Assembly: GCF_008831285.2 (NCBI RefSeq)
Contig: NC_045138.2
Location: forward strand, 28,520,001 to 28,584,000
Source of the DNA: Nymphaea colorata
Taxonomy: Eukaryota
Length of the DNA: 64,000 nucleotides
Reading direction: 5' to 3'
Both the position numbers and the translations under genes were made by a program. Below are positions 24,241 to 37,967 of the stretch, piece by piece; the stretch's first letter is position 1, and each line of letters starts with the position of its first letter. The notes below the pieces were generated by a model. That model was not told the DNA's origin. It saw nothing but the letters and a program-made list of their open reading frames with translations, and made no database searches.

Positions 24241-25124
24241 TTGCGATGTTCAATTAATTAGCAGCGACGCTGTAGGGTCATCGTTGCTTGAGGACACAAA
24301 CTGGGTCAGATCTCAAAGATTACCGGATCCAATTAAACGAACAGTTGTCCCCGAATGAACTGAACTGGGACCTGCCCTGGTCTTGTTATCACCCATGACG
24401 GCTTCAAATCCAAGTCTTAATCCCATAAAATCGGTTCCCATTAGCCTGGATTCAGCGATGCCCACATCCAGATTGAGTCTGCACAGTTTGGATCCGATGT
24501 GGAGAAGTGGATCGGATCCATACATCCCGGTGAGTACCATTTCGGGTCTGCCCTGTATCCATACGGGAATTCCCATCCCTTTCTCCACAAGTCGCAGCCC
24601 ATGCCCTAACAAAGTAGCTGACCAAAGTTCCCAACTTCCCACACACTTACAAAATGTGCCAGCAAATTTGGTCCAGTATAGCAATATGCATTAGAGGTAG
24701 GACCATATCAGTGGCCTAGATGATCCCATCAGCCAGTGATATTAATGAAGCAATGGTGGCTCTCAACCTCCCCCACCAATCCATCAAAAGAAAGAAAAGG
24801 GTGCGAATATGCTGCCTTGCTCATCTTTGTTTTTAAGATATTTTATAATCAGAAGGAGTATAGGGTGTCTGGTCCCCTTTTGCGAGGACCTCAAAGGGGG
24901 TGATCTGATAAAACTTAGCTAATTAGGCAAATGATGGAGACGATCCTGATACCTTTTTTTTTTTAATTGGTGCTATCAATATCGGATCATCCCTTTTTGC
25001 GAGGACCTCCTTTTTGAAATTGGGTAAAGTGCCACACTCTATTTTCACAATCAATTTAGTTCTCTCTGCATTAATGAATTTAGATTGTGATTGGTCAATG
25101 ATATTGACTGAATTAATTGGCATC

Positions 25125-25843
25125 TATAACCAGTTTTAAACCCCGATCATGCTTAATCAAGTCTAGCTAGCAGTATGTCTCATTCATTGAGCTGGTTGAG
25201 TCTTAATGCAACCTTCTTTCTTGTAACTGAGTCTTAATCGAGTGCAACACACTACAGAAAATTCCTTTCAGATATTGATGGTTACACATTCAAAGTCATG
25301 AGATAAAGTTATATATATTGATCTATGTATTAACAATATGTCCCTTAAAGTCTCTACAAAAAGTTGTTTGGTAATAATAACTATTACTATTTCATGAATC
25401 TCCATAGAAAAATATGATAGATTCATGGAATACTACAACGTACTATTTAATGGATCTGTAGGATAAATTCATGAAACAGTAACACTATGTTACTAATGTC
25501 AAACATTCATATGCCTTGATGGATCACCTTTTACAAAGTTTTGCATTGTCCACATTATGGATTTCCATGTCCTGATTAGCTATGATTAATTTGAAGGAAT
25601 ACAATGACAAGTAATGCAGACTCTTGACCTCCCTCATATGAAAGCTGAAAACGTAATTATGTTATGTCTTGAGAACTTGTTCCAACATAACAGTAACTGT
25701 TTTTTTATTTTTTTTTTAATTTAACCTCCTCATTTGATTGGTTAAAAGTATTAAGTATAGAACAATTTACATGGTAATTGTAACATAGACCCTAGGAGAT
25801 GCATCAATTTGTGGCCACATCAAAAAATTTGGAGGAAATGAAT

Positions 25844-25880
<37 letters not shown>

Positions 25881-26985
25881 GTGTGTACACAAACTAATTT
25901 ATATGCTAGACAAATCTAATCTTAAACAATTAACAAAGGCATTGAGTTAATATAAATGCATGTTGCACTCAATAATTCTTACTTTTACGCTCCATGCATC
26001 GGTCTAGAGAAATCATAATGAAAGCAATGTTTAAATAAACAAGTCATATAAATAAAATAGTACATGTTAATGACCAATAGCTATAACAATAGAGCCAAAA
26101 ATGAGTTACAAACAAACTAAAACAAGTAAAAGAAAGGAATTTGGAACAATTTTGGTCCAAATTACTTGTAAGACCCAATCCAAGACTGACCTGAGTTCCC
26201 GAGTTCTCGGCATACCCTATAAGATTGAATACATATAAAGAAAAAACTCATCTGCTGATTGGATCTGAACAAGCATATTTGATACCTAATATTGCAAACT
26301 TTAACTATCTACCCCTCAAATAGACTCCTTGAAAAACCTGCTCTTGTGTGGAGTATCAAGTTGTTGAAAACTAATTTCCAACTCAGGTGCTCGACTTGAA
26401 TAGTTTAATTCTCCTAGTAGAAAGACAGAAGACATAATGTTTAAAACCACAAGATAACGGATGGAAAATGATATTGAATAAGAAATCTAACGTACCCATA
26501 CATGAAAGAAAAAGATTTATAGACAAACATAAGATGTTCAACTATTTGTAATGGTGGTCCATTAGCTCTGTTCTTATGCATAAACAAGTAATCTATAGCA
26601 AAAAATTCCTGGTTCTACTTCTGCCATTGTTTGTGGTCAAACTTAGTTTGACTCCTTAGAGATAGTTATATGATGAGTATGTCAATTAGGATATCTGACC
26701 GAACCTTTCCAAAAACTAGCTAGCTTTCTACAACACAACCCATGAATCAAGCTGATGGACCGCCAGTCTCTGCCATTGAACCAGTCCATCCATTCCAAGG
26801 ACTTCCATCGGTTCTGGCTCAGGCAGATTCAAGCACATGGCGCGAACTCTCACACACACACTTGCACTCTCTCCTTCTATTATATAAATAACATGGATTC
26901 CTCCAGCTGTGAGAATCCCTCTCACACGCAGCCTAATGTTTCTTTTTTGTTTGGGTTGTGTTGATGAAGAGGGATGGGAATCCAG

Positions 26986-27079
<94 letters not shown>

Positions 27080-27906
27080 TAAATCAAATTTAGAATGAAA
27101 ATCATTTTTATATATAGAATTTATAGATTTCTCCATTTTAAGTTTATACTAAAAATCTTGAGTCCTTAGCACACCACTCGATACAATGTAAATATACACT
27201 CATTTTCTCTTTTTGACTAGTGTACAAACAAGGCAAGTATAAAACAAATTTAATAGCCCATGCTTGAGAAAATCAGAATAATAACAGTGCATCTATTAAT
27301 TCTCCAACCAGCCACTCACCCCCAACTTCCAAAATAAAAATGGAAAATAAAATTGATCTTGTGTTGCAGTTTGTCTTCAGGAGATATTTTGCCCCTAAAA
27401 GATTATTGTATCGTATCACATCCAAATCGGCTAATCGGTTTATAACCTAAGGGTAGCTGCCATTAGGTTAGCTAAGCATGAAATTGAAGGCCATGTGTTC
27501 AGTATCTAGACCCAACCTTTAGTGTATACATTCAGTTGCGATTCTACTATGAGAGTTCTATATTTCTAGCAACATAGCAGGTTGGAGCACATGTAGTTGA
27601 GATAAAACACATACAATTATGTGTTATGCATGACAAAACGCGTAACATATGGTAGATGGCTGGCAGAGAAAACTTAAAATCTAGATTAATTAAGGTTTTA
27701 ACCTTTTTGATCTGGAGATCAGTTGTGCTAAGCTTTACCAGATTGCTTAAAATGCATGCCCTAAGTGTAATTTGGCAGCCTTGCACACAGCTTTATGGAC
27801 CACTTGGGGAGTGTTTGGATGGCACCCTCAAAAAACATGGTTTTGTGAAAACCTAGTTGAAAACCTAGTTTTGTAAACTTGGTTTGGATGACAAGTGAAA
27901 AACTTA
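25125..27906 (+). repeat. Segmental duplication block B (copy 1), with two (TA)n tracts (25848-25876, 26991-27074)
   Basis: Collinear with 58134-60840 and, from about 25529, with 39628-41938. Confidence 0.95.
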
Positions 27907-29136
27907 GTTTATAGATAGACAAAAATAGGTCTTGCCTAAAAAACTTAGGGGAAGCAAGTTTTTATGGCTCTTGATGAAAACCAAGTTTTGACCAATCTCC
28001 TAATAACTTAACTTACTGTTATAGATCAATCGACAGAAGGTGGAAGCCTCTACACAACTCCTTATCCCTTTAAGATAGATACACATGATAATCAAATAAG
28101 AAAATGAGGGCTTCGAGTATGCAACTTATCTCTAAGATCCTTAGCTCGATTAGTAGTGATTGGATTTTATATAGAACTTTGGTTATTTTGAATAAAGCAC
28201 ATTATATCATGACCACACAAATGTATCTAAGGCAAGTTATCAAATGTATCAAACTCGGAATTAAGATTTAAGATAATCAAATGTCTCCATGGAGTCGCAT
28301 CACACAAGCAAGGACAAACATGATGAAAATCTTTACAAAAATTATGAAAATGGGCACAAATTAATGCCAATATGAGGTTTCACCTCATGGCTACTCTTTT
28401 TCCATCTAATTATTCAACAAAAATTAGTGCACAAAGTTACTCGTGACATGATGATCATTTGGAATCACAAATTTAGATTTTCTCTCTATTTAACTTGGCC
28501 AAGCGGGAACTGAATTTTCGTATTTTAGTTGAAACTAGTGGCACTAATCTTGAAGAAAATAACGTCTGTTTCCATGAGAGCAGCAAATTAAATTGTTGGG
28601 GCATGTTCAAGAATGTTCTTCCATGAAAAAAAGAAAAGAATCATGAATGAACTTTTTTTTCATACTTAAGAAAACTGGAAATGGTTTAATTTGTTGTAGC
28701 AGTAAGACTATTTTGATTATGATGCATAGTGTAGAAAGCATCTCAGCAAACGAGGAGGACATGTGTTGAGATCCTTGTGACTTTCAGCTGATGATGTTTC
28801 AAGAGTTCAATGGTGACCCCCTGAAGGAGACCAACATGGCCATTGATTACATTGTTAGTGTTGCCCCCGCATTGTAGCAGCAGGCTCTTGTTAAGAACAG
28901 AAAAAGGAGAAAGATCATATAGTGAATTAATTGACCAGAAATTTTGCAGGCATGTCGATGCACTATGGACATAAAACTTAAAATTATTTTGGATTGTGCA
29001 TGTCTATTATCGGTCTTTCGAAAGATTTGTTGGTCTTTGAAAATTAGCATCTTCTTTGCAATGTAATAGCGGTTCAATTTATAAGATGATTGATATGAAA
29101 CACCCCTTTTTCCGCCATGAATCCCCTCCCTATTTT

Positions 29137-29801
29137 TAAGGCTGCGCATCGGGCTGGGCCGGGCCCAAGTCATATCGGGCCTCGGGCTTCGGTCAAGGCC
29201 CGAGGCCCGGCCCGGCCAGATTAATAATGGGCCGGGCGGGTTGAGATGGGCTTCGGCCCGGCCCGTTATTGAAAAAACTCAAACACAACGAATGCAGGAG
29301 GCAACACAATTTACAGCTTCAGATGATGAAACACCATGGAGTATCAAGTTCTTTTATAGGCACATTGATAGTTTACAGACCGAAGACCTTCACGGCAGCT
29401 GGCACACGGTCACCGAAGAAGGCAGCCGATGGCGACGACGACGACCGGAGAAGCAGCCGATGGGCGAAGAGGAGGCAATGCCGCAAATGCAATCTCTCGA
29501 GTCTCGACGGGTGACGGTGACGACGGAAGGTCGAAAAGTAAACCCTAACTCTCTAAGCTCAAGTTCATTTTTATTTAACCCTAGGTCCCTAACGAGTAAC
29601 GAAGTTCATTTTAAAAAAAAAAAACAACGGGCTTCGCGGGCCGCCGCCGATCAAAGCGACTGGCCCGCGCCCGGCCCGTTAGTTACCGGGCCGGGCCGAG
29701 CCCGGTAACTAACGGGCCGACTACTATAAAAGCAAGGCCCGGGACCGAGTCGGGCCGGGTACCGGGTACCCGGCGGCGGCCCGGCCCGGTGCCCAGGCTT
29801 A
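29137..29801. mobile_element. Young non-autonomous hAT element (665 bp)
   Basis: Perfect 8-bp TSD CCTATTTT (29129-29136 / 29802-29809); TIRs TAAGGCTGCGCATCGGG vs TAAGCCTGGGCACCGGG; GGCCCGG subterminal repeats with CpGs retained; no transposase motifs. Confidence 0.93.
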
Positions 29802-30869
29802 CCTATTTTCCTTCGTCATCTTCAATTTTCTTTGTTTCTATTTTTTCTTGATTCATGACCACGTAAACACCTCAAAGCATGAAAGAGATTGTGGTACTTC
29901 TTTTCCTTTTTTAGTAGAAGAGGATACTGCATTTTGAAGATGCCCTTTACAATGTTCATCACAAACTGGAAAGTGTTGTTGCATCTATTTAATTAGTGTA
30001 CGTCAGATGTTGACTTTATTATTAATATTCATATTTACTTTTATACCCAAACATTACATATGCGTGTGGATGAGATAACAAATAAGTTTAAAAAATGTGT
30101 ATGATATCATAAAAGATTTTTGAGATAAAGACAGATGTATGAGATAATGTTAAACATAAGTATGAAATAATGTTTATTGGATAACAAAAGAACTATGATA
30201 TAATAAAATAACAGACAAGCGTATAAGATAACGATAAACATAAGTATGAGACAATGTTTATGAGATAATAAAATACTTATGAGATAATATGATAACAAAC
30301 GAATGTATTAGATAATGTTTTTTTTACTGTTTAGAGGGCATATTGGTCATAATGATAAGCATATATGACAAATTTTACATTTATCAGATCTTCAAATCTT
30401 CTTTTTGTGTTTTCTTTTTTGTCTCTATAAAAAGTTTCTTTTTCTATTAATCATGGGTAATTTTTGTCCTTATTAAAATAGTGCATGAAATTTCGTACAC
30501 GAAAACGACGTATATAACCAGCTTCGGGTCTAGGCCGGTTTTGTTTTCTCTTTTACTTTAATATTCAAACATGAAATACCTTTTCTCTAGTGAACAGTTC
30601 GACGTTGTAAAGGCTATCTTAGATCTTAGACAAAAAAAAGTTCCTTTTTTTTTTGTCCTCCAATAGGCAATCTACAAATGTTAGGTAAACCTCTCTCAGA
30701 TCTTACCAAGAGACCAACCTTGAGCATTAATGAATTCTTGGCCTCTTTGAGTTTGTTTTCATTCTCTCCTTTTCCTACCATTTATTGCAACAGTAATTGA
30801 ACTTTTGACAGTTCCAGTGTGATGCTATATATGTATTGCAGTCGTTGCTATGTAATAGAAAAATGAACC

Positions 30870-31260
30870 TCTTCGATTACTCAGTCCTGTCCAAAAACTG
30901 ATACCTCCAGATGGATATCTCACCATCAGCAATGCAGATCATTTTGAATTGTCTCGTCAGCAATTCTTTGAAGAGATGTCATCATACACGGGAATCCGTG
31001 TCTTGCTTTTCCTGTTATGTTTCTTAAAGGCTTGAGTTATCCTTTTCCAACTAAATTCCTAATGGCTAGAACTCTTGTTTTCCCTTGCACCGGTGTTCAA
31101 ATTAATTGATCCACTTAGAATTTAAATTCTCATATGCTCTTCAAATTGATTCTGCAATATTTCTGCTTAAATTTCATGATCCAAGAAAGCTGGTCGTGGC
31201 GGAAGAATCTCTTATTCAAATATTGGATGAAGATAACAGCAGTTTGAGTGAATATTAAAG
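30870..31260 (+). mobile_element. Degenerate coding-like remnant, possibly LINE ORF1 (DUF4283-like)
   Basis: Broken frames give LRLLSPVQKLIPPDGYLTISNADHFELSRQQFFEEM and YALQIDSAIFLLKFHDPRKL; only a loose resemblance to plant L1 ORF1. Confidence 0.2.
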
Positions 31261-32311
31261 AAATTTTCTTGTGCAGCTGACCCAGAAAATTAAATGAAGC
31301 AATTGAGTTCCTTAAACCCCGATTTGACTCATCGCTACCCACCTACTCATCTCATCATTGTGATGAACAGAATCCTCTTGTTCTTTCAGCTGCATCTGAA
31401 ATATTGCCTCCTGCATTCATTTCATGGCCATCAGTTTCTCATCCATGTGCAAGATTAAGTTATCTATTCTTCCTGGTAGCGGAGAAAGTACAGTGGAAGC
31501 TGCTCTTTAACACTTTCTCCAGGAAGTTCAGGTTTACGTTTCTTCTTGGTAGGCCACAAGATAGAGTTTTTCTCTTGTGCATGCAATGACGAGACTTGGA
31601 TTTTTCACTAGAGAAACCAAAGCTTTTTCACCACTCTGATTTTCGCAAGAACAAGATTTTATGACTGTGGTGTGGTGTAGCAGATTAGGGAAGCATTAAG
31701 AGGGAAAACAACTGAAGATGGAAGAAAAGCCGTTCAGATTCAAAAGCTCTCCTTGTTTTATCTCAATTTACAGCTTTAGAAGTTGTCGAATTAGCAGGAT
31801 ACTCGAATCGTTTCTCGCAGGAGAAAAAAAGAAACAAAAAACAAAGAAAGATTGGTACTGGTATGTGGCGCATGTAGTGGAATTAAATAAAAATCCAAAA
31901 AGGATTTGAAGGATGGATCGATTTACTCAGGTCCAACAAATAAAATTGGACTTAGACAAAAATCCAAAAAGGATCTAAAGGATTACGTGTGAACGTTAGA
32001 TCTTAAGTTAATCAATCTGGGTATAGTTTGAAGAAGACAGTTTTTGAGTCCGAAACTCAATCAAGATCTGGTTAAATGCGATCCACCAAATCGATTGAGA
32101 CAGACTGCCTCGATCCGAAGCAATTGGTGCCTGCTTACGTCCCCACTGCCACGTGAGCCACATAAATTTTCTGACTTCTCTCGAAAAATATGTCATGATG
32201 CTAATTTCATGAAAATTATCTCTCTTCTTTTTCTTTTTCTCACTCATCCATACAAACTAAATCGATGGCCAAGAAAACTGTCCGTCTCCTCTTCCTTGAG
32301 AGACCTGAGCA

Positions 32312-32312
32312 T

Positions 32313-32377
<65 letters not shown>
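32312..32377. repeat. (AC)n(TA)n microsatellite
   Basis: Direct reading. Confidence 0.95.
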
Positions 32378-32380
<3 letters not shown>

Positions 32381-33717
32381 TATGCTTTTAGCTAACAAAT
32401 GAATAAACAAACAACGTGTAGTGACCAGACCTACTTCCAGGGGTCGGGTTTTGGCCTGGCACGTGTTCCTTAATAGTTTCGGTTCTAACTTGAAAATTTT
32501 AAGAACTATGACAACCAATCATTTTAACAATTTTTTTATAAGTTTCCCAAAAAAATACCTTGTACAACTCCCACAGAATGCGTTGTGCTAAGTTCATAGT
32601 TCTTGAATCTCTTACCGAGAAACTCATCAAACGCGCAAGACATCAACCGTGACCATGGTCCATAGGGAAAGACAATAATAAAGAAATTCTTGCTAAGATG
32701 AACAAGAAACAAAAGGAAAACAAACATAAACTATATATATACAAGCCTCCATATTCCATCTTGGAAGATTTTTTTTTCATTTGGGTGACTCATCTTGGAA
32801 GAATTTTTTTTCATTTGGTTGGGTAACTTCGACACGGTACTTGGAAAGAATTAATGCATGGAAGACTGCCAACTTTCTGCAGAAAACAAAGTGCTCAAAT
32901 GGTATTGAAAGGTGTAAGAACCAGCGAGGAAGCCATAGTAGATCATACTTTCAGGAGTACTGTATGAGAAATGTTCTTTTTATAAGATGGATGTTGAATC
33001 TAAAAGCTCCAACTCCTCTAAAAGAAATCAGTAACTTGACAAAGAATAGAAACTGAGGGCATCTTTGGCATTAGTAACACACTGATACTATTTCATGAAT
33101 CTATTTCAAAAAATGAGCAGATTCATAAAACTGTAGAATCTATCTCAAAAAATGAGCAGATTCATAAAACTGTGTTGCAGTATTTGATTTATATTATCTT
33201 TTGAAGCAGATTCATCAGTGACAATACATCTTAATTACTTGGTGAACGTGAGATGAATTTTGATGACGATGCAGAAAGGCTAGGCAGGAAAGAGGGAGGG
33301 GAGGTGGTAGTGATTGGTTTTTTTTATGCATGTTCTTGCTTGGAATGGAAGGGATTGGTGAGAAACAATGTAACCCAGACTAATTTCATGTGCACCTTTC
33401 ATCATTTAAAACCTTGTTATATGTTTTGCCTTGGATGATTTTTTTTTTGTCAAAGAGGAATCCCAAGGTTATTACTAAAGAAGAATCCCACATGATCATA
33501 ATTGAATGGGAATTCTGGGTTATGTCTTTACCTCATTTCACATGTATTCTAGTTGGGTACAACCTTTTTCTTCATCCTAGTTGTAAATGTCAATGCCTTT
33601 CAGTTAGATATGACCCTTGCAAGTAGGACCTTTGAGTCATCATGGAGAGTGAATGGTGTTAACGTTTACTCATCTTTCCTGGAACTTATTTCACTCAAGA
33701 TTGGGTATCTATGCCAG

Positions 33718-33959
33718 GTGTTAGGCCCGTGGTTTCAGGGGGTATTCACGTTCGGCATTGCCTGCATTCGCGGGGGCTTCCCTTCAGTGTGTTTGAAGCT
33801 GAGGAGTTCAGCGAAGCTCTCCTGGGGTCGCTGAGCGCGGTGGAGGCGCTCTGGGAAACGCAGAAGGACGCCTCTCTGGCCATCGACAAGTGTTCGTTCG
33901 ATATTGGCAATTTGTTCCCCGCCGACGCCTTCCTCGCCACCCCTCAGCTGTCCGTCTGA
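33718..33959 (+). pseudogene. Isolated GC-rich terminal-exon-like gene fragment, family unknown
   Basis: After a candidate acceptor (atgccag|): ...[63 protein letters not shown]-rich codons stand out from AT-rich flanks; no upstream exons identified. Confidence 0.4.
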
Positions 33960-34025
33960 GTCACCATCCGATACGTCGGTGGTTTTTTTTCGACCAAGAC
34001 AACACAGCGAGTCCTTTTGATTGTG

Positions 34026-34490
34026 GTTTGCAGTTTTCTTTTCTCTTTCTTGGCGAGAAATGTACTTAATACCAATTGATCTTCTGGGGGTTCGTCAGGT
34101 CTCAATTAGGCCCCATTTTATTGGGGCTGGCTCTACCTTGTCTTCATTCCTACAATTTGAACACAAGGTCCTGGCGTCTTTGGGATGATTAGACAAAGTG
34201 TCCTGAACACTCAGTCCTGGCGTCTTTGAGAAGAATCAGAGATAAACGCATTCTCTGAAGAATTCTCTTGAGAAGAATTCTCTAACAGCCTTTCGAGAGA
34301 TCTCCATGACATATTTAAGTTGGTGGCTCAGTCAATGATTCGTAGTTTCTTCCCAATTACCCTGCAGAAGTCTCCTTTCTTCCTTTTCAATAATTCAAAA
34401 TGCCCATCGGAAAAAAAAAACTTATTTTCCGCTAACTTTAGATTCATTGAGCTCCATGAACAGCATAACTCAGTTTTACGAAAGGGGACT
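34026..34490 (+). repeat. Rearranged third copy of the IR spacer plus the inner part of the right arm
   Basis: Matches about 22855-23046, 23224-23260 and 23301-23508, joined by short templated fillers. Confidence 0.92.
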
Positions 34491-37340
34491 AGAGTAGACA
34501 GAAAATGTAGATCTTGCTGCTGGTTTTGGAGAGAAAGTAGGTCAGTTATTAATATAACCAGCAAATATTGTCATTGGTGAAGACTGGATAAACTAAAAGT
34601 TAAGAAATTTAGTTTAGCTTATATAAAGAAATTGAAAAATTATATTTTGGTTTCAGTTAAAACTATAATTCGACTCTTGCAACAAAAAAAAAAAAAAAAG
34701 TAGAATCATCCAGACTTTGCTTCCCTAGATAGTAAAGATTTGGTGAAAATATGAGAGGCCAACTTAATGGCTAAATACATGTTTGCTTTTTTGTTCAACA
34801 ACGGAAAGAATGTATTTGAATTTTCACTTGTTTTTAGTACGAATTAGAAGAAGAAAATCTAAGTGATGGTCCATTGTCAAATATTTTTAGAAGAGATGAG
34901 AAATAGAAGTGACTCTAAGTCCTGCCAATATACTTTCATCATATAATATACTAAAAAACTTAGGCAGACGGATGCATGATGTAATTGATATGAAGCTGTT
35001 TTGAAGCATCCTGGAAACTAGAAGGGAAACATACAAGAAGGCAGTTTAGAAAATTAACAGCAACACGAATGAATGAAGATAGAGACAAAAGTTGCCATGT
35101 TTCCAAGAAACTGCTTTTAATAATGTAACAAGTCTACGAGGCAAATTGGGAAGCTTCATCGTGCCAGCAATTAAAAAGGCAATTGAAGATTGTGGAAAGC
35201 GATTAAGAGCGACCTTCCAGCTCTTTACTACTTGTTTGTGAAGACTTGTTTTTTAATAAGAATTGAATTGAATAGTAATTTTTTAGTCAATTTGCAATAG
35301 ACGGGCTCTACCAGCTTGCTTATGCAAAGAGTTACACGTCTCGTATACAACTCTTGATTTTTTTATCAATTTTATAAAGTCTTACATTCACTACCGCGGA
35401 ACCAGAATCTTTGTTCGTCAGATATCGTTATCTTGATTTGGCATCACGCTGTTTTTTTTTTTTTTGTCTTTATTTAAATGGTTAAACTGTATATGTATAT
35501 AAAAAAAGAGAAAGAACCAAAAAAGGAAAAAAAATGGCAAGTGCTAGATACTCAGATGCAGATGCTAAACGGATAAAGAACATTCTTAATATTCGGTCTT
35601 TTTTTTTATTATTATGCATAGCTGAGATAAAACAAGGAGAAAAAAAGTGTCAAGACAGAATCTTCAACACTTTTTTCTCTTCTATTGGATATTTATTTAG
35701 AACCAAATCTCTAAATCGATGAAATGTTATTATTTGATTTCTAATCCAGTTGTTTTTTAATTGGATGTATTAAAAAAAATTCCTATTTTCTGAATCATTT
35801 TGGACAGATATACGATCTTAATCTAATTCCTTGAGATCCCTATTTAGCACACACAAAAAAAAAGAAAAACTTTTGCCTTTTTTCAAATAGAATATAGGCA
35901 GGCCTGGGCATAGGGTTGGCTCAGCTCGATATGGAGTCAGACTGGCCCAACACTCAAACCCTCAACTCCGGTTCTACTCTGTTAAAATTGAAAAAAATAT
36001 ATATTTAATATAAAATAATATATAAATATAATTAATTATAATAAAATATTATAATAATATATAAAAAAACAAAAATAATATTAACCTACCAATCCCCCTC
36101 ATACAGAGAGCAACGTCTCCGTTTATGCAATTTTTAAGTGTTGACCAGATTATCAACTGATTGTCAACCATTTGAGTCTTCAATTTTCTACAAATTTTGA
36201 TTTCTTATGCTTGCTTTTCCACAAAAGTGCTCAAACTTTTTGTTTTTCCAATTCTTTTGGGAAATGATTGAATTTGAAATCCCAACTTGGCAGTACTTTA
36301 AAAAAAGGTTTTGATTCTAAAAACACTAGAAAAACGATGCAACTTAAAAAATTTAAATGCCCCTTCCTCCTGAATCCGTGCTCCAAAAGAAGCCTCTCAC
36401 ATTGTTTTTTGGAAGGGGGAAATTCTTGGAAAAGTTTTTACCGAAAAGATGCCGTTCAGCAGTAATGTTGAAGTTCCCAGATGACGTTACTATTTGGATA
36501 ATTTTTAGACAAGAAGACGCCATATCGATAGGCCTTGAAATTTTTAATTCCTTTTTTCTCAGCTTGACAGGAAAAAGGATTCTGACTTATGCAGTCACTG
36601 CCCTGTGTTGTGGGGCCTTCCTGTCGACTATGTCACCTGAATGCGGGGTGCGGGTGCCGGTGTGGCACATCTTTATACATCTTCACGCTCTCATGTTTTC
36701 CATTGCTTCTTTAATGTTTGGTGATTTGATGATGTTGGTGAAGATATGGCTTCTTCACTCCTGTTCTCACCAGCTTCCCCTTGACCTTGGGATGTTAGAA
36801 AAATGAGATCCATTGCCGTTAGGATGGAAGAAAAAAACTCTTACATGTATAAAGATGTATAAAGATGTTTGGTGATTTGATGAGAGATTGAAACCACCCT
36901 CGGGTCCATGGCTATTTCAAGGCCTTGAGTGGAAAGCGAGAGCACTACATCCACTATTTGCAGTCTAGAGGAAGAAGAGCGTGAACCCCCGAGAATCAAA
37001 CTCTGAACAATTATACTATGTCCTAGGGGTTGATTATTTCATATTTGTCTGCCATGGTATGCCTCATTGCACCAAAAGTTTCGGGCCACAAGATCACTAA
37101 AATCACATGACTTAACACTGAATTCCCAATTCAACATAAATCTTGTAACCCTCTTTATGGTTTAACCACTGTACAACTAACCCATTACTTTTTTGTGTTT
37201 TTGTGAAGAAAATGGTTTTATGGCCTATTTCCTAATGAATGAAGGGAGAAACGTAGAGACATTCATGGAGACCTCCCCCTGCCCATACACACACAAAAAA
37301 AAAATGAAAAAAAGATTTGCTTTTCTTGTAGATTTCAGAA

Positions 37341-37675
37341 TAAGGATGCGCGTTGGGTCGGGTACCCAATACTTGGCTCAACTTGAGTCCAAGCTCAAAC
37401 CCAAAAAAAAGAAACTGGGTTGCTGACAAGTTATCGGGCCGGCCCGACTGAAGTTGGTTCGGCCTCGATAAAATTTTTTAATACATATTTTATTTGATTT
37501 TGTATATAAATATAATATATATATATATATTATTTTATATTTAAAATATATGTTTTTTTATCCGAACTCGATTAGGTTTTAGGTCTTGGGCTGGGCCCGG
37601 GTCTGGGTTTTGGGTGTCGGACCAGCTTGAACCCGACTTCTTATCGAGCAGGGCCGGGGTGGCCTGATGCCCACG
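37341..37675. mobile_element. Degenerate copy of the GGGCCCGG-rich hAT-type element
   Basis: Starts taaggatgcgcgttgggtcgggtaccc, AT-rich core, ends ...ggcctgatgccca; similar layout to 6840-7189. Confidence 0.55.
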
Positions 37676-37967
37676 CAGAGTCATTGAATTCAACTTTAAA
37701 TTTTGGATACAAAGTGCAAAAGCATGATATCTTGCTGACCGGACCAATTGAAAACATCAAAAATCTTTTTTTATTTTCACTACTTTAAATTATATCATAT
37801 ACTGAAGTAAATGAAACGTGAGTGGGAGAGTAGTGTGCAGGGCGAAATGTTTTAGACGCAGTAATGGGTTAATTTACAAACTAAAATGAGCTTTTTGGCA
37901 ACTATGTTTTAAACCCACTTGAGATGTCTGTCACAAGTATAACATGTTTTTCGCTACCATCACTCAA

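Noticed and set aside
25250..25261. CACTACAGAAAA, CACTA-like terminus (also at 58259)
   Set aside because: No matching opposite TIR, 3-bp TSD or subterminal repeats found; the duplicated block starts 125 bp earlier.
26165..26176. CTTGTAAGACCC resembling the TAS3 tasiR-ARF core (also near 11834, 53392 and 59173)
   Set aside because: Only 12 nt match; the TTCTTGAC 5' half and miR390 sites are absent; TGTAAGACCC is also a common LTR start.
26728..26964. Small ORF MCLNLPEPEP... repeated in all B copies and flanked by a 12-bp inverted repeat
   Set aside because: Copy differences are mostly non-synonymous and the third copy has a stop; the IR is short and has no TSD.
29241..29708. 155-aa ORF
   Set aside because: Runs through GC-rich subterminal repeats of the hAT element; no transposase motifs.
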